Translations under genes and position numbers: made by a program
Shown: positions 25,055 through 40,700 of the stretch, piece by piece
Position numbering within the stretch: the first letter of the stretch is position 1
Layout of the letters: the number at the start of each line of letters is the position of its first letter
NCBI RefSeq assembly: GCF_009914755.1
Contig: NC_060944.1
Origin: the human T2T-CHM13v2.0 reference genome, Homo sapiens
DNA length: 64,000 nt
Strand: one strand, 5' to 3'
Notes under the pieces: model-generated
The model's input: the letters and a program-made list of their open reading frames with translations, nothing else
Database searches by the model: none
Told to the model about the DNA's origin: nothing

Positions 25055-26179
25055 TAAAATAGTGAAAAGCAAAAGCACCTGGTGTTTTTAGGAGACAGGA
25101 GACACAACAACTGAATATGTGGGCAGATTTGGGGGAAGAAAGAAATGAGCCCCAATGACCTGCTTCAGTTTTCTATTGAAAGAAATGCAACTTGGAAGCT
25201 TCATTTTTTTTTTTTAAGCACATCCTTTAAAAACATTGCCCAGTGCGTTTGGAAGTAGCCTTCCAGAAACCCTTGGGATTTATGACCCCAAAGTATGCTC
25301 ACAGGTGCTCCCAATGAACCTTTAGGTGTAACGTGGATGAAGTGTGGAATGTGCCGTGACTCCTGCCTCTTAAAAGCTTACAGATTCCAGAAATGAAACC
25401 AGTTCATGCATAAAATATCTTCTCTCAGAGCACGGTCATTTTCATGCTTCCCCTTGTGTGATGATCAGGGTTATAAAGTATTGTGGTTATACCAGAAGAT
25501 CCTCAACTGTGTGGAAAGAGGCTCTTCTATTTATAGCTCTCCCCATCGTGACTTACAGCATATGTGTTAATCTCCCTGTGAATTCTGAGCTCCCAAATGC
25601 TGAAGGAGATATGCTAAACCCTTTCCCCGTGGCGTTCTTCCAGACAGAATTTAAGAGACACCAGAGGATGGCACATTTATACTGAGCTTGCAGTTTCCTA
25701 AACATGAAGAAGATGAACGGCTCTCAGTTAAGCAGCACGGGTCAGATAGGAGCTTGAAATTGAATATTTGAGCTGACACGGGAGAGACATACTGTGAGTG
25801 GCCCCACGAAGTTAGCTGGATCTCTAAGCTTCCTAAGACACCATGATTAGAAATAGATTGAGGTCAGGGTATGCGGTCCTATTTGAATTAATGAAAAGCC
25901 AAATTGCTCCTCAGAGTGCTGGTTTTTGTGCTGCAGGTCAGACCACTGGGTTTTGTGGACCCTTTGCAGAGGTCGGGGGAGCAGCTGGGCTCTGTCCTTT
26001 TCTCACCTTTCGTCTTCTATCTCTTATAGTTTGAGATTCCAAATACGATTTCTGTGGAGAAAACAAAAAAGGACTCTGTTTTTAATTCAAAAGGTGAGGC
26101 ATGGTTAATTAAAACATTGATGTGAACTGTTTTAAAAGAAAAAAATAATTGGTTTACTTTTGAGTGCTGAAGAGTCTTG

Positions 26180-26350
26180 GCAGAGTGGAAAGTAAATGGG
26201 CTTTGCTATTGATCAGACTTTGGTCAAAATCTATGTGCCACTTACTAGTCCTCTGACCTCAATCCTGCTGATTCTTAGTTTCCTTGTCTTTAACATGGGG
26301 ATAGTAATTCATACTTTCAATGGGCACTGGGAGGTCATAGAGAATGACAC
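26180..26350 (+). mobile_element. MIR
   Basis: TGGGCTTTG...TCAGAC...CCACTTACTAG...CTTAGTTTCCTTGTCTTTAACATGGGGATAGTAAT. Confidence 0.7.
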
Positions 26351-26494
26351 CCACAGCTCCCTTTGATGGCAGCTGTGGCAGAGGGTCCAGACAACAGGTC
26401 TGCTTAAACAAAGAGGTGGGTAATGATGGCAGTTGGTGAATGGAGGTCTTGGTTCCCCTACCGCAGGTCCCTACTGACCTTTCTAAGCCCGGAA

Positions 26495-26900
26495 TCATTT
26501 AGAGTTCTTTGGTAGCAAGCAATAGAAATGAGCTCTGTCTATTTTAAGCAAAAATGAATTTGCCTAAAGTCTGCTGGGTGGCTGGAATGGACAGGAATGC
26601 TGTAGGATCAGGCTCTCGAGCCAGAGAGAAACCAGGGCAGCCCCCTTCAAAGAACAGAACAGATGGGCGAGTTTGTTGGGCATTTCCAATGGAAATAAGC
26701 TGATGCCCTTTAGTTTTTCTTTCTTCCCTGATCTGACTCCTTCTAACTTTGTTTGGGTCACAAGCCTGGTTCTTAAGGGAGGACAGAGCACTTAGACTAA
26801 AATGCATGAAACCTCTGCACAGTGGGGCAGAGGTGAGCTCTCCAAGTACACCCAGATATTGTTAGGATGTGGGAAGGGATGCTGGGAACCAAAATGCTAA
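26495..26900 (-). mobile_element. Old MLT1-type LTR
   Basis: TTCTTTGGTAGCAAGCAATAGAAA...TTTAAGCAAAAATGAATTT. Confidence 0.5.
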
Positions 26901-28469
26901 CAGTGCACTGCAGGCTTCATCTGTCCCGAGCTTCAGAACACCTTGCCTACCCAAAGCCATCCTCCTCTCTTAAGTTTGCTTACTTCAGCCACCCTCGGCT
27001 GCCAACTGGATAAAAAGTATGGTCAGTCCCAAGTCATCTGCCCCTGCTTGTTTATCTGAAGTCAGGATTTTACGGAAGCATCGGCTGCCATGGCAAATAT
27101 TCTTGTCATCACCAGGCAGATAAGTGACATATGCTACCATCTCAGGGAGTTAGAGAGTCTTTCTAATGATGCACTCCAAAAACTTGATCTGAGATCTCAC
27201 AAGTTTCCAAGTTAATTAATAACCAGGGTCCCCAGAAACATGAACAAACATTCATTCCCAACATCCTTCCTAAGTAGGTCCTCAATATGTGGATTTGGGA
27301 TGAAACCTGAATAAATGATTGGCATGCATGCTCTGATGCAAATGCCCAGCTCCCCTATGTGTTCCCTGTGCAAAGACAGCTTTAGTATTCTGTTGGGAAA
27401 TGCCTCAGATTTGTTTTAATGGTATCTTATTCTATAAGACAGTATGAAGCGATCTAGGAAAAAATGAACAATACAGGCATATAGGCTAATTAAAAAAAGC
27501 TTGCAAAACTAAGAGAAACAAACAGCCTCTGAGTTTCATGCTTATGAAATATTTATTCAGTGCCAAAGAAGACACTGAAGTCAGAAATGAACTTTGCAAA
27601 GTAATTACTTTTGATCCCAGCAAAATCCATTCAAAGGCCTTCAGGTAAACATCATCTTTGATGGGCGGAAGGTGGGTTGTAAAGCAACATAATATTTTTA
27701 AAGGAAACAAGGAATGTGTCCAAGTAAGCCACTTGTCCAGGGCACTCTGGAAAGTGTTCCTGGGTGGAACTTCCTAGATGTCCTCCTTGCTAGCCGTGCA
27801 GAGATATAAATAGGAGGAAGATGAGATATGATCAGATGGCAAATAAGAAAGCCACAGGCAGCACGACCATGAGAGGGGTCTTCCTTAAAAGACTCTAAAT
27901 GAGGCACACGTATTTTAAAAGAGAGTACGTGCCACTAATTTTGATATAGATCTTTAAAATGACATTAAAATGGAAATACACTCAAACTAGGCATCTCCTG
28001 GGAAAATGTCAGTAGTTATGTTACACTTGTTTTCCGTTTCGTTCCAGTGCTCCTGTGAAAATAGCTTTATCTTCAATACTCCCAGTGTGGAAGAATACAG
28101 TTGTAGGGAGAGGGGAGTATTTGTTTTTTTCAGTTTTAAATGAATTCTCCAGGGAGGGTTTGCTCTGTGTGAGACATGCAAGCCTTTTCAAGAACTGAGC
28201 TCACCTGGATATTGATTCCAGTGGCATGTGTTTGCCTGTATTCTTTTATCTTTAGATTTTAGGCCCTCTTAGAGGAGGCCAGGGTCCATTCCCAAGCTTA
28301 AGAAGTAACATCATTTACCAAAGAGCCCTGTAACAAAACAACCCAGGGTTCTAAGTTCACATGTGGCTCATACCCCGTAAGACCTAATTTCCCGGCTCTG
28401 AACCAGAGTCCAGCTGGAGATGACCTGATGGCTTCAGGGGATGTCCCAGGGCTATTCATTTCTCTTTAA

Positions 28470-29005
<536 letters not shown>

Positions 29006-29924
29006 GGATGCTTCTTATCTAGGTTCACGTACCCACCACTTCACCATCTCATTCCAGGGCCATGTCAGTGTCAAGTCTAATGGAAGTAGGTTCCCATCTA
29101 TAAATTCCCCATATGGAAAAAAAAAGAGTAAAACATTCGAGCCCACCTCTTTGCTTCCATAAAACCCCTAAGACATTTTCTTATAACTCAAAAGTCATTT
29201 CTAGAATACTGCTCTTGAAACCCTCCTGCTGAAATCTTGGGGCAGCACTTAAAGAAAGAAAGAAAAAGAAAAAGAAAGAAAACCAAAACTCTCTTTTCCT
29301 CCTCAATTCATAGGGAGAAGTGAAATTCTACCTCACTTTTTTAAAAGAAGAGCCTGGAATTGGCCTATCCGTCTTTTTCCCCGTTGGATCACAGAGCAGA
29401 AAGGAAGGTGAGCAGAGATTCAGAACAGTAATAAAGGTCAAATCATCCTCCAAAGAGGGCTCGAGACTAATCTCAGCCTTTGTAATTGGAGCAGTTTTAG
29501 ATTTTGAGGGTGTGCTTTGGAAGGTCTGGAGACAAAGCTGGAGGTGTTTTCTTTGGGGTTATCCCATAGAGCTGATCCTCACTACCCCTTCAAAGTGGAG
29601 GAGTGGTGAGGGCTGCTTCCATCTGTGATGAATGCTACCCAATGCCTAATGCAAACCAGCCCTGAGCACCAGCTCTGTGCACAGAGGAGACATTAGGAAG
29701 CTCCCAGGGGCTACTGGTGGGGGACCGGGACGGTGGGACAGAGGAGGCCAAGAGGCCAGCCAGGGTGGGATTTGCAGTTAGAAGCAAAAACACGAAGAAA
29801 CCTGGGAGTGCAGGGCCACAAGCAGAAACAGTCAAAGACCAGAGGAGATCTGGATACATCTCCTATACCAAACATCACATCGTAAAAAGACAACAAAGTG
29901 TAAGAGGCTGGGCAGCCTCGTAAG

Positions 29925-30130
29925 AGCTTATGTTGTCCCAGAACCTCCTCTGTGGAGCTTCTGTGGTGTGCAGGTCACTTGCTGTTCTTGATACTTTGCC
30001 ACTCGCCCCCGTCCTGATACTGTGAGGTAGGTCTTGCTCTCACCTCTCACAGATGAACTAACTGAAGCTAGAAGGCTGAAATCACATGCCAAAGGTGTTA
30101 AAGTCCCGTTGGTCTTATTGGAAGGGCCCC
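29925..30130 (-). mobile_element. MIR
   Basis: CTGTGAGGTAGG...ACAGATGAACTAACTGAAGCTAGAAGG. Confidence 0.6.
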
Positions 30131-31019
30131 AGTCTCTGTGTCCCACCACCCTGCCTTTCAACTTCAGCCAAATGTCCTTATAGGCGTTTCGTTATAAGAC
30201 ACTTGGCAAAACCCATTTTCTCCCTGAGATTAAATAGATTCACTGGCTCACCTTGCTACTTTGTATGCTTTGCGGAATCCTGGATTGTTTGTTTGACTAC
30301 ATCCTTCTCTTCCACGAGGAAGACGAGAAAGGGCCCCGTTCTCCCCCAGCAGATGTGACAGTCTTGCTAAGTGACAGTGAGAAGTAATTAGCACCCTGAG
30401 TCCCACTGCCTGCAACCTGTCTGCAGCGGTTCCCACGTTCCCTGTCAAACGGGGCTTCTGAGCGCATGGATAATTCATGGTTACTTTCTGCATGCAGGTA
30501 GAGATTCTGCTTTGGTTGTTATTGGAAAAAGCCCAGCTTAGTGGGTGAGGCAGGTTTCCTTCTGAAAGGGGGTTTTGCACATAGAGCTAATAGGCTGATG
30601 ACCAGCTCGGATGGGCTCTTTGGGACACACAGAGACACCCCAGCAACCAGTTCAAAGCAGAGCCCCAAGAAGGGCTAAATTGGTTTGGGGGTTCCCCCGT
30701 TCGTCCTTAGATGTGCTGCGGTAGGTAGCTTTTCAGGTTTATTCATTCACCTAACATGGTTTTAAGGAGCATCACTGAATGAATGATCAACCCGGGACTC
30801 CGTTCCACAGTCATCAATACAGACAGACAGACATCATCTCTTCTTCACTGGGACATTCTATATTTCACTTTACTTCTCTTGGGCCCCTTGCTATTCCCTC
30901 CCTCATGATTCAGTTGGTTGAGTACCTGTCTGTTTCCCTGTGGCTGTCTATATATTCCATCATCATTCTCCTGTCACTACTGCTCCAGCCTCTGCTCCTC
31001 CAGGTCCTCCCAAGCCACT

Positions 31020-31190
31020 TTGTAGACATGATCTCATTCACCACAGCTCTCCCTCTGAAGGAGACCTATCACCATCTTCAGTAGCCTAGGAGACTGAGGC
31101 CACAGTGCGGATGTAACTCGCTTGAAGTAACGTGGTAGCTCTGAGATGCAGTGAGCCCTTGAACCCAGGAAGTCAGCTCCGCAGCCCATG
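31020..31190 (-). mobile_element. MIR
   Basis: ATCTCATTCACCACAGC...GGAGACTGAGGCCACAG...CTTGAACCCAGG. Confidence 0.6.
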
Positions 31191-31489
31191 CCATTTCTAC
31201 CTTCTGCACTGTCTTTCTGTGCCCAGCATCCTGCCAGGTGTGTAGGACACATTCAAATATCTATTGAGTATAAACAAGTCTATTGAGTATAAATAAGTCT
31301 GAGTTACTGGGTCTCTAAAGGCTAACATGTTACTCTTTCTAGGGATCTTTTGTAGGAAGTGATTTGTTTTTCAACAAAAAAGCAAGGGAAGGAAATGAAG
31401 AGCTTTCCCAGTAAAAAAATTACATGGGATCAAACACATCCTACATTGTTTTTGTTTTTGGTTATGTCAAGAGGCTCCAACCACTTGCC

Positions 31490-31660
31490 TATCATCGAGC
31501 ACTGAGTCTGGGCCACGCACTGGTGAGCTGTTCACATTCCTCAGCTCAGCTAACCCATGAGGTCGTGCTGCTACCATCATTGGACACATGAGGAGGCCGG
31601 GCTCAGAGTGGTCAAGCTGGCCCAGCTCCCACGATTAGTAGCGGCGGAACTCAGAGTCGC
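31490..31660 (-). mobile_element. MIR
   Basis: AACCCATGAGGT...CATGAGGAGGCCGGGCTCAGAGTGGTCAAG. Confidence 0.6.
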
Positions 31661-32724
31661 TGGAGCTCTCCCCTTGGCATGTTCATTTATTGACCAAATA
31701 TTGATTGAGCTGATACTGTGTGATAAGTTCAGGGACTATAGGATCAACTGAGTATGAACACCTTCACCCTCTTCCAGGTGGGCGTTTGTGTTCTGGGTGT
31801 TGTCCACGCTGGACGTGCCAGCATCTCCCACTGAGCCAGATGTTCCAGGGCTAAGGCCAGTTTCATTTGAAGGCACAGCCTTACTATATCATGTGAGTAG
31901 CAGGTGGTTGGCTGCAGGTCAGGGGGCTTATTTTCTAGACTCCTAACCTGTGAGTGGGTTGGTAGAACATCTGCCTGCAAATGTATTGAAAAGCTTTACC
32001 TAGATAAAAATGGAGTTGTTGTAACATGTACCCAATACCTTTCTTCTCTGTCTCACTACCTCTAGATTAATCTGATGCCAAGTTTTTGGATGTTATGAGC
32101 AACCACCTCATTTATTTTTTGTGGTTGTTTAACCACAATGAGTAAGGTAAATTTCGTTGAAGGAATAATTCATAGTATGGCTGTTTTCCCACTGGAGGGG
32201 TTTTACCTTCGTATTCTTTCTTACGTAAGCATCAATAAGGAAGAATGGGCAATAGAACACTCCTCCTTAAGATTCCGCATGGTTCATACTATGGGTCACA
32301 TTCTCAATGAGCCTAAGTAAAATTTCCTCCACTTAATGTTCTTGCTCATTGGTTGTTATTTGGAAGAATAATGATGAGAATTTGAGAAGTCTTTCAGATG
32401 GAACTTAAAAATTCACATTTAATATTTATAGTGTAGAAAGGCCTAAATTGGAATTTCCAAAGTCGGGGTATATAGGAATGTAGAAACTGATTCTGGGCAT
32501 TGTTCAACCTGATATAAATCAAAGTGGATGCTTTTTTATTTTTTTAATTGTGCATTTCATCAGGATGCAGGTTGAACCCAGAATAATAATGTGAATGCTT
32601 TACACTAGTTGCTGACTTGAACAATGCATTTCATTTACTTTAAATATTCTAGAATTCAGAACACAGACTTGATACTTATTTATGTTGTACATTTTATCAT
32701 TTAGCTGCTTTTTCTAGCTCACTG

Positions 32725-32960
32725 AAAAAAGTCTGAGCTCTGAAGCCATGGGCTCAAATCCTGGGTCAGTTCCTTAAAAATCCTCTGATCTTGGACTGCC
32801 TCATTATCTGTGCCTCAGTTTCTCCATCTGTCAAATGGAGATCATAACCATATCCCATTCACAGGATTATGAGGATTGAAGGAGATAATTTACGGGATGT
32901 ATCCGCATTGTGCCAGCCCCAAGCAGGCCCTGAATCAAACTGCTTGTTTTGATTATTAGC
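32725..32960 (+). mobile_element. MIR (MIRb-like)
   Basis: CTGTGCCTCAGTTTCTCCATCTGTCAAATGGAGATCATAA...GAGGATTGAAGGAGATAAT. Confidence 0.85.
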
Positions 32961-33679
32961 TGGAGAGACTAGACTTTCGTATAGCAAAGAAAAGGTGGTT
33001 GCAAAATGCTGTGTGTGAGATGGACCAGTCAGTATGAACAGGAAAGTCTGGGAAATTACTTCTTAGAGAAGTTTAGGTTTGTGGAAGAACTGGAGGCATA
33101 GGTGGGATTCAGACAAGCAGGGGAGTGGGGGCTAAACTGAGCTCAGTTCCAAGCCAGTGTGGGTGGTGGGCAGAGCACAGGCCATGTCAGTAGATTTGTG
33201 TATTCCCGTCTGCATTTCTATTGTGCAGGTTGGCTGATGTGTCTCAATGTATGTTTATCTTGTTCCTTGAGTCACATGGCCCCCACTCTGTCTGCATTTT
33301 GAACATGTCTTTCTGTTCATTTGTGTTCTGCATACAGAGCTGGCTCCAGAAAAAAATTCTGTATATTGGTTGCCTGCCACATGCTGATGAATGGGTCAAT
33401 CAGAGGTGCAGGGGTCGACCTTCCAAGAATGGAGAAAGAGAATTCAGGCCATGGTTGCAGATGCAGTTAGGGTCTTGTAGAGCAGAGGCAGGGCTCTGTG
33501 CTGGGGGCGGGGGAAGCAGTGCTGTCTTTAAAGCCTGTTTGTTATTCATAGAGGAAAGCAAAATTTTGCAGAAATAAGATAAATGTTCCATGCAATTGCA
33601 CAAGTTTTCTTGTCAAATTAAAAACACAAATGGTGTAGCAGCAGCCTAAATATTTTCTGCTTGTTGTGCCACCTCCAGC

Positions 33680-33719
33680 AAAAAATAAAATAAAATAAAA
33701 TAAAATAAAATAAAATAAA
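33680..33719. repeat. (AAAAT)n microsatellite
   Basis: Direct read. Confidence 0.97.
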
Positions 33720-34164
33720 GTGAGAATGGGATGCAAAGGGGAAAAAAATAAGAAAAAAGAAGTCTCAACACAGGTGAAGCTAAGCTTGTTGGCTTCCCAT
33801 ATCTACAGATTCTGTTCCTGTGCAGCGTGGAAGGCTGCCAGGAAAGGTGTGAGAGGGTGAGATTGTTTTTGAAAATCATCTGTCGCAGCTTCTAAGAGCA
33901 TTTTGGTGCTGTTTGTTTTCATTATGCTGTTGGAGGTGAGAAAACTGTGATGCGGTCGACTGGCACCTAGCATTGCCCCCATCTGGAACATCTGCAGCCT
34001 AGATCTGTTCTGATGAAGTAGAAGCCGCAGATCTTATCCTGAAACAGGCCAGGTGCAAGTGTCCTCTTAGAAGGGATCAACCATGGGATGCGGCATTAAG
34101 AGAAGAGAGAAGGACATCCTTACAACTGTGCCTTTCTTTCAACTCAGTCGTGCGCATTAGGCTT

Positions 34165-34530
34165 GTATCAGTTAAAGTGCAGGCAAGAAATTTCAAGCAG
34201 AAAGGGAGTCAGGTGCTCATAGCATTGCTGGCAGAATTGAGAGCAGCGGGAGCCATGGGATGGGGGTGCTGCCTGGAAATCAGGAAACTGGAGAAGCCTG
34301 CTGGAACCTGCTGAGGAACCCATCACTGCAGCAAGAGACTGATGGTGGACTGCAGGGGCCAGGAAGGTGCAGGAAGCCCCTGCTGCTGCAGGAGAAAGGA
34401 TGAAGGATGGTTATCTTCCACCTTCCAAATCTCACAGGAACACCTCTTCTAGGTGGAATCCAAACCAGATTCCTTCTGGAAAGGGATTCTGGAAAGTGTA
34501 GTTCTTATGCTTCCAGCCTCTGAGATAAGC
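34165..34530 (-). mobile_element. Ancient LTR (LTR78/79-like)
   Basis: TGTATCAG start; CCACCTTCCAAATCTC...GGGATTCTGGAAAGTGTAGTTC. Confidence 0.45.
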
Positions 34531-34966
34531 AAGGACAATTGCTGGAGGCGAGGGTGTCGCTGAATACCAAGGAAGGATAGCAGGTGTAGTTGCCCACATG
34601 GCCACTCAGCATCCACATGGACATCCCACCCATGTTAATTTCCAAAGAGCCATCACAGAAACATCATCATGCTTCCTCACAAAGAAGAAATGCTCACCTC
34701 CACCCCAATAGAAAGGGTCCAGGTATCCATCTCTGAGTGATGGTCACCCTCCATATTCAGTAAAAAACACCCTCGGATAGACTGTGGTTGAAAGACTAAA
34801 CCTTTAGGTTAGCCACAGTCAATATATCTTATATAAAATAAGAGAGGCGGGGAGAGCAGGGGAAAGAGATACTGGGTTATGTGTGTAAAAACATACACAA
34901 TAAAGCAAACAAGAAACGCTGTGTAGTTCCTAGAGTCCTCATCTCTACCAGTGGTCACAAGGCTTT

Positions 34967-36590
<1,624 letters not shown>

Positions 36591-36609
36591 TCACTCTAAC
36601 TGATAATAA

Positions 36610-38255
36610 TAAGACTTACAGTGTAGCTGCCATAATCAAGTCAGTGTGACACTGGCAGAGAGATAGACACGTGGATCAATGGAAAATAACAGAGAACTCA
36701 GTGGTTAGGTCCACATAAATACGCCCAACTGATTTTTGGCGAAGATGCAAAAGCAGCTCATAGTAGGAAGAAGAGACTTTCAAGAAAAGGTGTGAGAGCC
36801 ATTGGACATCCATAGGCAAGAAGAAAACAAAGAAAAAGATAAAAAGAGAACCTCTACCTAAACCTCATCACCTTATGCAAAAATTAACTCAAAATGGATC
36901 ATGGACTAATGTAAAACTAAAGCCATAAAACTTCTAAAAAAAACATAAAATAAAATCTTTGGAGTTGAGGGCTAGGTGAACATTCTTAGACATGACACAC
37001 AAAGCACAACCCATAAAAGAAAGAATGGATACATTGAAGCCCATCAAAATACAAAACTTTTGTTCTGTGAAAACCCATATGAAGAGGATGAAAAGAGAAG
37101 CTACAGGCTAAGAAAATACTCAATAACTATATATCCAATAAAAGATTTATACTAAGAATATTTAAGGACTTCTCAAAACTCAAATGTAAAAAAATAAAAG
37201 AATCCAATTAGAAAATAGGCAAAATACATGAAGACACATTTTACTGAAGAGAATATACAGATGGCAAATAAGTATATGAGAAGATATTTAACATCATTAA
37301 CCATAAGGAAAATGTAGATGAAAACCGCAGTGAGAAATCACTACATACCTGTCAGAATGGCTGAAGTAAAGAAATAGTGACCACACCAAATGCTGATGAG
37401 GATGCAGAGAAACTGGATCACTCACACTTTGCCCGCAGGAATATGAAATGGTACAGCTACTCTGGAAAGCAGCTCAGCAGTTTCCTCATAAAACTAAATA
37501 TGCAATTACTATACCAGACATCCAACAGTTGTACTCTTAGGAATTTATCCTAGAGAAATGCAAACTTAAATTTGCACCAAAGCCTGTCCGTGAATCTTTA
37601 CAGCAGGTTTGTCTATAATAACCCCAAACTGGGAAAAATCCATCTGTCTTTTAGTGGGTGAATGGTTAAGCAAGTGGTGATATATCATATCATGGAATAC
37701 GACTAGACGATCGAAAGGAATTAATTGCGGATAGTCATAAACGTGAATGAATTTCCAGGGAATTATGGGTGGAAGAAAAGCCAATACCAAAAAGTTATAT
37801 ATTTTTGTATGCTCGAGTCTGTTTATATAACATTGTTGAAATGACAAATTTATAGAAATGAAGAACAGATTGCCGGTTGCCAGATGTTAAGGAGCGGGGT
37901 GAGGGTGAGAGGTGGGTGTGGTTATAAAGGAATGGCCCCAGGGATGCTCTGTTCTCTTTAATGATTTTGACGGTGGAGATGTAAACTTGCACACGTGATG
38001 CGATTGCATAGAACTAAACACACGCGTGCACACACACACATACCACCCACACAGGAGCACAAGGAAACTCATGAAACCTCAGTAAAATGGATGGGTTATA
38101 TCAATGTCACTTTCCTGGTTGTGATATTTCCTTTAATTTTGCAAGATTTTACTACCAGAGGAAATGGATAAAGTGTACGCAGGATCTTTGCATTATTTCT
38201 TACAGCTGCATGTGAATTTACAGTTATCTCAAAATAATTTAATTTAAGAAAAAGG
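36610..38255 (+). mobile_element. L1MC/MD ORF2 3' part plus 3'UTR
   Basis: CAAAAATTAACTCAAAATGGATCATGGAC, GATGGCAAATAAG, GAGAAACTGGATCACTC and 3' TATATCAATGTCACTTTCCTGGTTGTGATAT. Confidence 0.9.
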
Positions 38256-38739
38256 ATGGTGAGATAGGTGGTAAGAACAGTCAATCTCTAAAGTGGCCCG
38301 AATGACTCACTTCTGCTATAAAAAAAAATCAGTGTTTCAGTAGCTATTTGTTGGATGGATGGATGATCATGGTAGGCTCACACCCTTCTCTCCCATTGTC
38401 TGCCAGAACCGTGCTTTTGATCTTGCTGGCAGACAAATCCTGGTGGGTCTGCCTTGAGTTTTAAATCTGATGTTAAGTTTAAATCATTTGGACAAAATAA
38501 GTGAAATATTTTTTAAGAATAAAAAGTAAATAATTAAATTGCATATAAGAAGGCCATTGATTGTTGTGTGATATATCTCCTGCCGCCTTAATGCATTATC
38601 TTATCATTTGCATTTCTTCCTTGGATATTCCTTTAAAAGGAGATTTGTATGAAAATAACAGCGTGGCTAGTGGAAATATAAATTTATATCCTTTTCTTGA
38701 GAGGTAACATGACAACATGAATAATTTAAAACACCCTGA

Positions 38740-39380
38740 AAATAACAATAACGAAAAACTGCTTAGTCTAGCAATTCAACATCTATGAATTTATCCTAAG
38801 AAAATAACTGGACAAGTGTGCAAAGATGTATGTGCAAGGATATTGACTGGTATTGTTTATAATGGTGAAGAAAATGGTAATAAGCAAAATGTCCAAAATA
38901 AACAAACAAACAAAAACAACTTGAATTGTGGTACAGTAAAACAATTGAGAAGGAAATAGCCATTAAAAACTTAAAGTATAATAAAAAAAGAAAAAAAAGA
39001 AACAAGCAGGAATACATGTTCCTAAAATTCTCAAAAAAAAAAAAAAAAATGGTACTGTGGTTCTGTATTTGCTAAAGTGAGAGGTTGTTTCAGAATAGTG
39101 ATCTGAAAGAATCCATAGTTATTTGCAAAATACTGAGGTTGTGTGTGGGGGGATACATAAGCATGAAAATAGGACATCATATGAAAGGGTAAAGACCCCA
39201 CTGCAATTGTGGAGGGGGGAGAGTTCAGCTAATTACATAGTTGGAAAATGTATCCCTTTGAGTATGTATACTTATTTTCTGTAATAATTGCTTGCATACA
39301 TAAAAATATTCATGTCTCCTGAGTTATTGTGTATGAGGAATTTTTGTTTTGTTATCGTCTATATTTTCTAATTTGTAATA
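38740..39380 (+). mobile_element. L1ME-type 3' fragment
   Basis: CTAGCAATTC...GAATTTATCCTAAG...CAAAGATGTATGTGCAAGGATATT. Confidence 0.65.
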
Positions 39381-39599
39381 AATTTACCACAAGGAAAAAC
39401 TGAATAAAAACAGCAACATTTATTAAATACGATGAAGAAAGACAACCTAATTCTGACTTCAGAATGAGCCATGCTGCCAACATCTGGCTGAGTCGGTCCC
39501 AGCTTCAGGCAAGTGTATTCAGGGGGCACAGATGAAGAGGTAGGGTTGATGTCCATTCCTAGGAGCTGGACATTTAGTTAGGCCAAGAAAAAAGGATGG

Positions 39600-40190
39600 G
39601 TCCAGAGCTCTTTGAGGGCAAAGAACATGCCTGCCTCATTCACTAGTGGGTCCTTGTATGGGGCTCAATACCAGGCTTACAAAACATTTGTTGAGTGAAG
39701 AAAAGAAAGGGATGTCACTTGCTCAGGAAGGACGTCGGAGTGCCTGCTCTGTGCCAGGCATGTTTCTTTGTGCTTAGGAAGACGCTGTGAATAGGGAAGC
39801 CACGGTCTTGGCATCCAGTGGGGGAATAAAGGGGCCAACCACAGAGAGAGGCATGGGAAGAAACTACTTGCAGCATGAGACAGATGGCAGTCCTGTGGGG
39901 CCACAGCAGGAAAGGACTTTCCGGAGAGGAAATGTTCAAACCAAGCTGGCCTGTTGAGTCACCACCAGAGATGGGATGACTTTGGAGGGGCACATTCTAG
40001 GGAAAGCAAAGAGAAAATGCAAGAGCTGCAAGGAAGAAACGACTTCAGGGCCTGGAAACAGAGAGAGAGGACGGGTGTGGCCAAGGTGCTGGGTGAGGGA
40101 TGCAGGCTGCACTTGGCCTTGTGGAGTCTGGGCAAGTCCAGCAAGGAGTTGGACTTTATTCTGGGTGATACAGGAAACTGTTGGAGAGCT
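39600..40190. mobile_element. L2 fragments (both orientations)
   Basis: L2 3' end 39600-39700 (+); antisense L2 39710-40190 (GTGCCTGCTCTGTGCCAGGCA...GGAGTTGGACTTTATTCTG). Confidence 0.65.
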
Positions 40191-40194
40191 TTAA

Positions 40195-40700
40195 AAATCT
40201 TTTAATTTTAGAATGGTTTTGGATTGATAGAAAAATTGCGAAGGTAGCACAGACTTCCTACATATCCCTTACCCTGTTTCCCCCATTATCAACTTCTTGC
40301 ATTTATATGGTGCGTTTGTCACGGTTAAGAAACTAACATAGGTGTATAACTACTAATGAACCCGTAAGCCTTATTCTGCTTTTACTCATTTTCATTAATG
40401 TCTTTTTTTTCTGTTTCAAGACCCCGTCCAGGGCACCGCCTCGCACTTAGTCATCATGTCTCTAGACGCCTCTGGGCTGTGATGGTGTCTCAGACTTTTC
40501 TCATTTTTGATGACCTTGATGGTTTCTAGGCATCCTGGCCAGGTGTCCTTCAGTTTGAGTTTGACTGATGTCTTTCTCAGGGTTGGACTGGGGTGATGAG
40601 TGTTCAGGGAGAGGCCCACAGAGGTGGCAGGCCCGTGATCATATCTGGGCTCCTGCTGTCAACACGCTGTTACTGGTGATGGGAACGTTGGCCACGTTGT
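40195..40700 (-). mobile_element. L1MB/MC 3' end
   Basis: TTTTAGAATGGTTTTGGATTGATAGAAAAATTGCGAAGGTAGCACAGA...TTTTGATGACCTTGA. Confidence 0.8.

Noticed and set aside
31261-31300. 19-bp tandem duplication CTATTGAGTATAAA(C/T)AAGT x2
   Set aside because: Ordinary slippage duplication with no further structure
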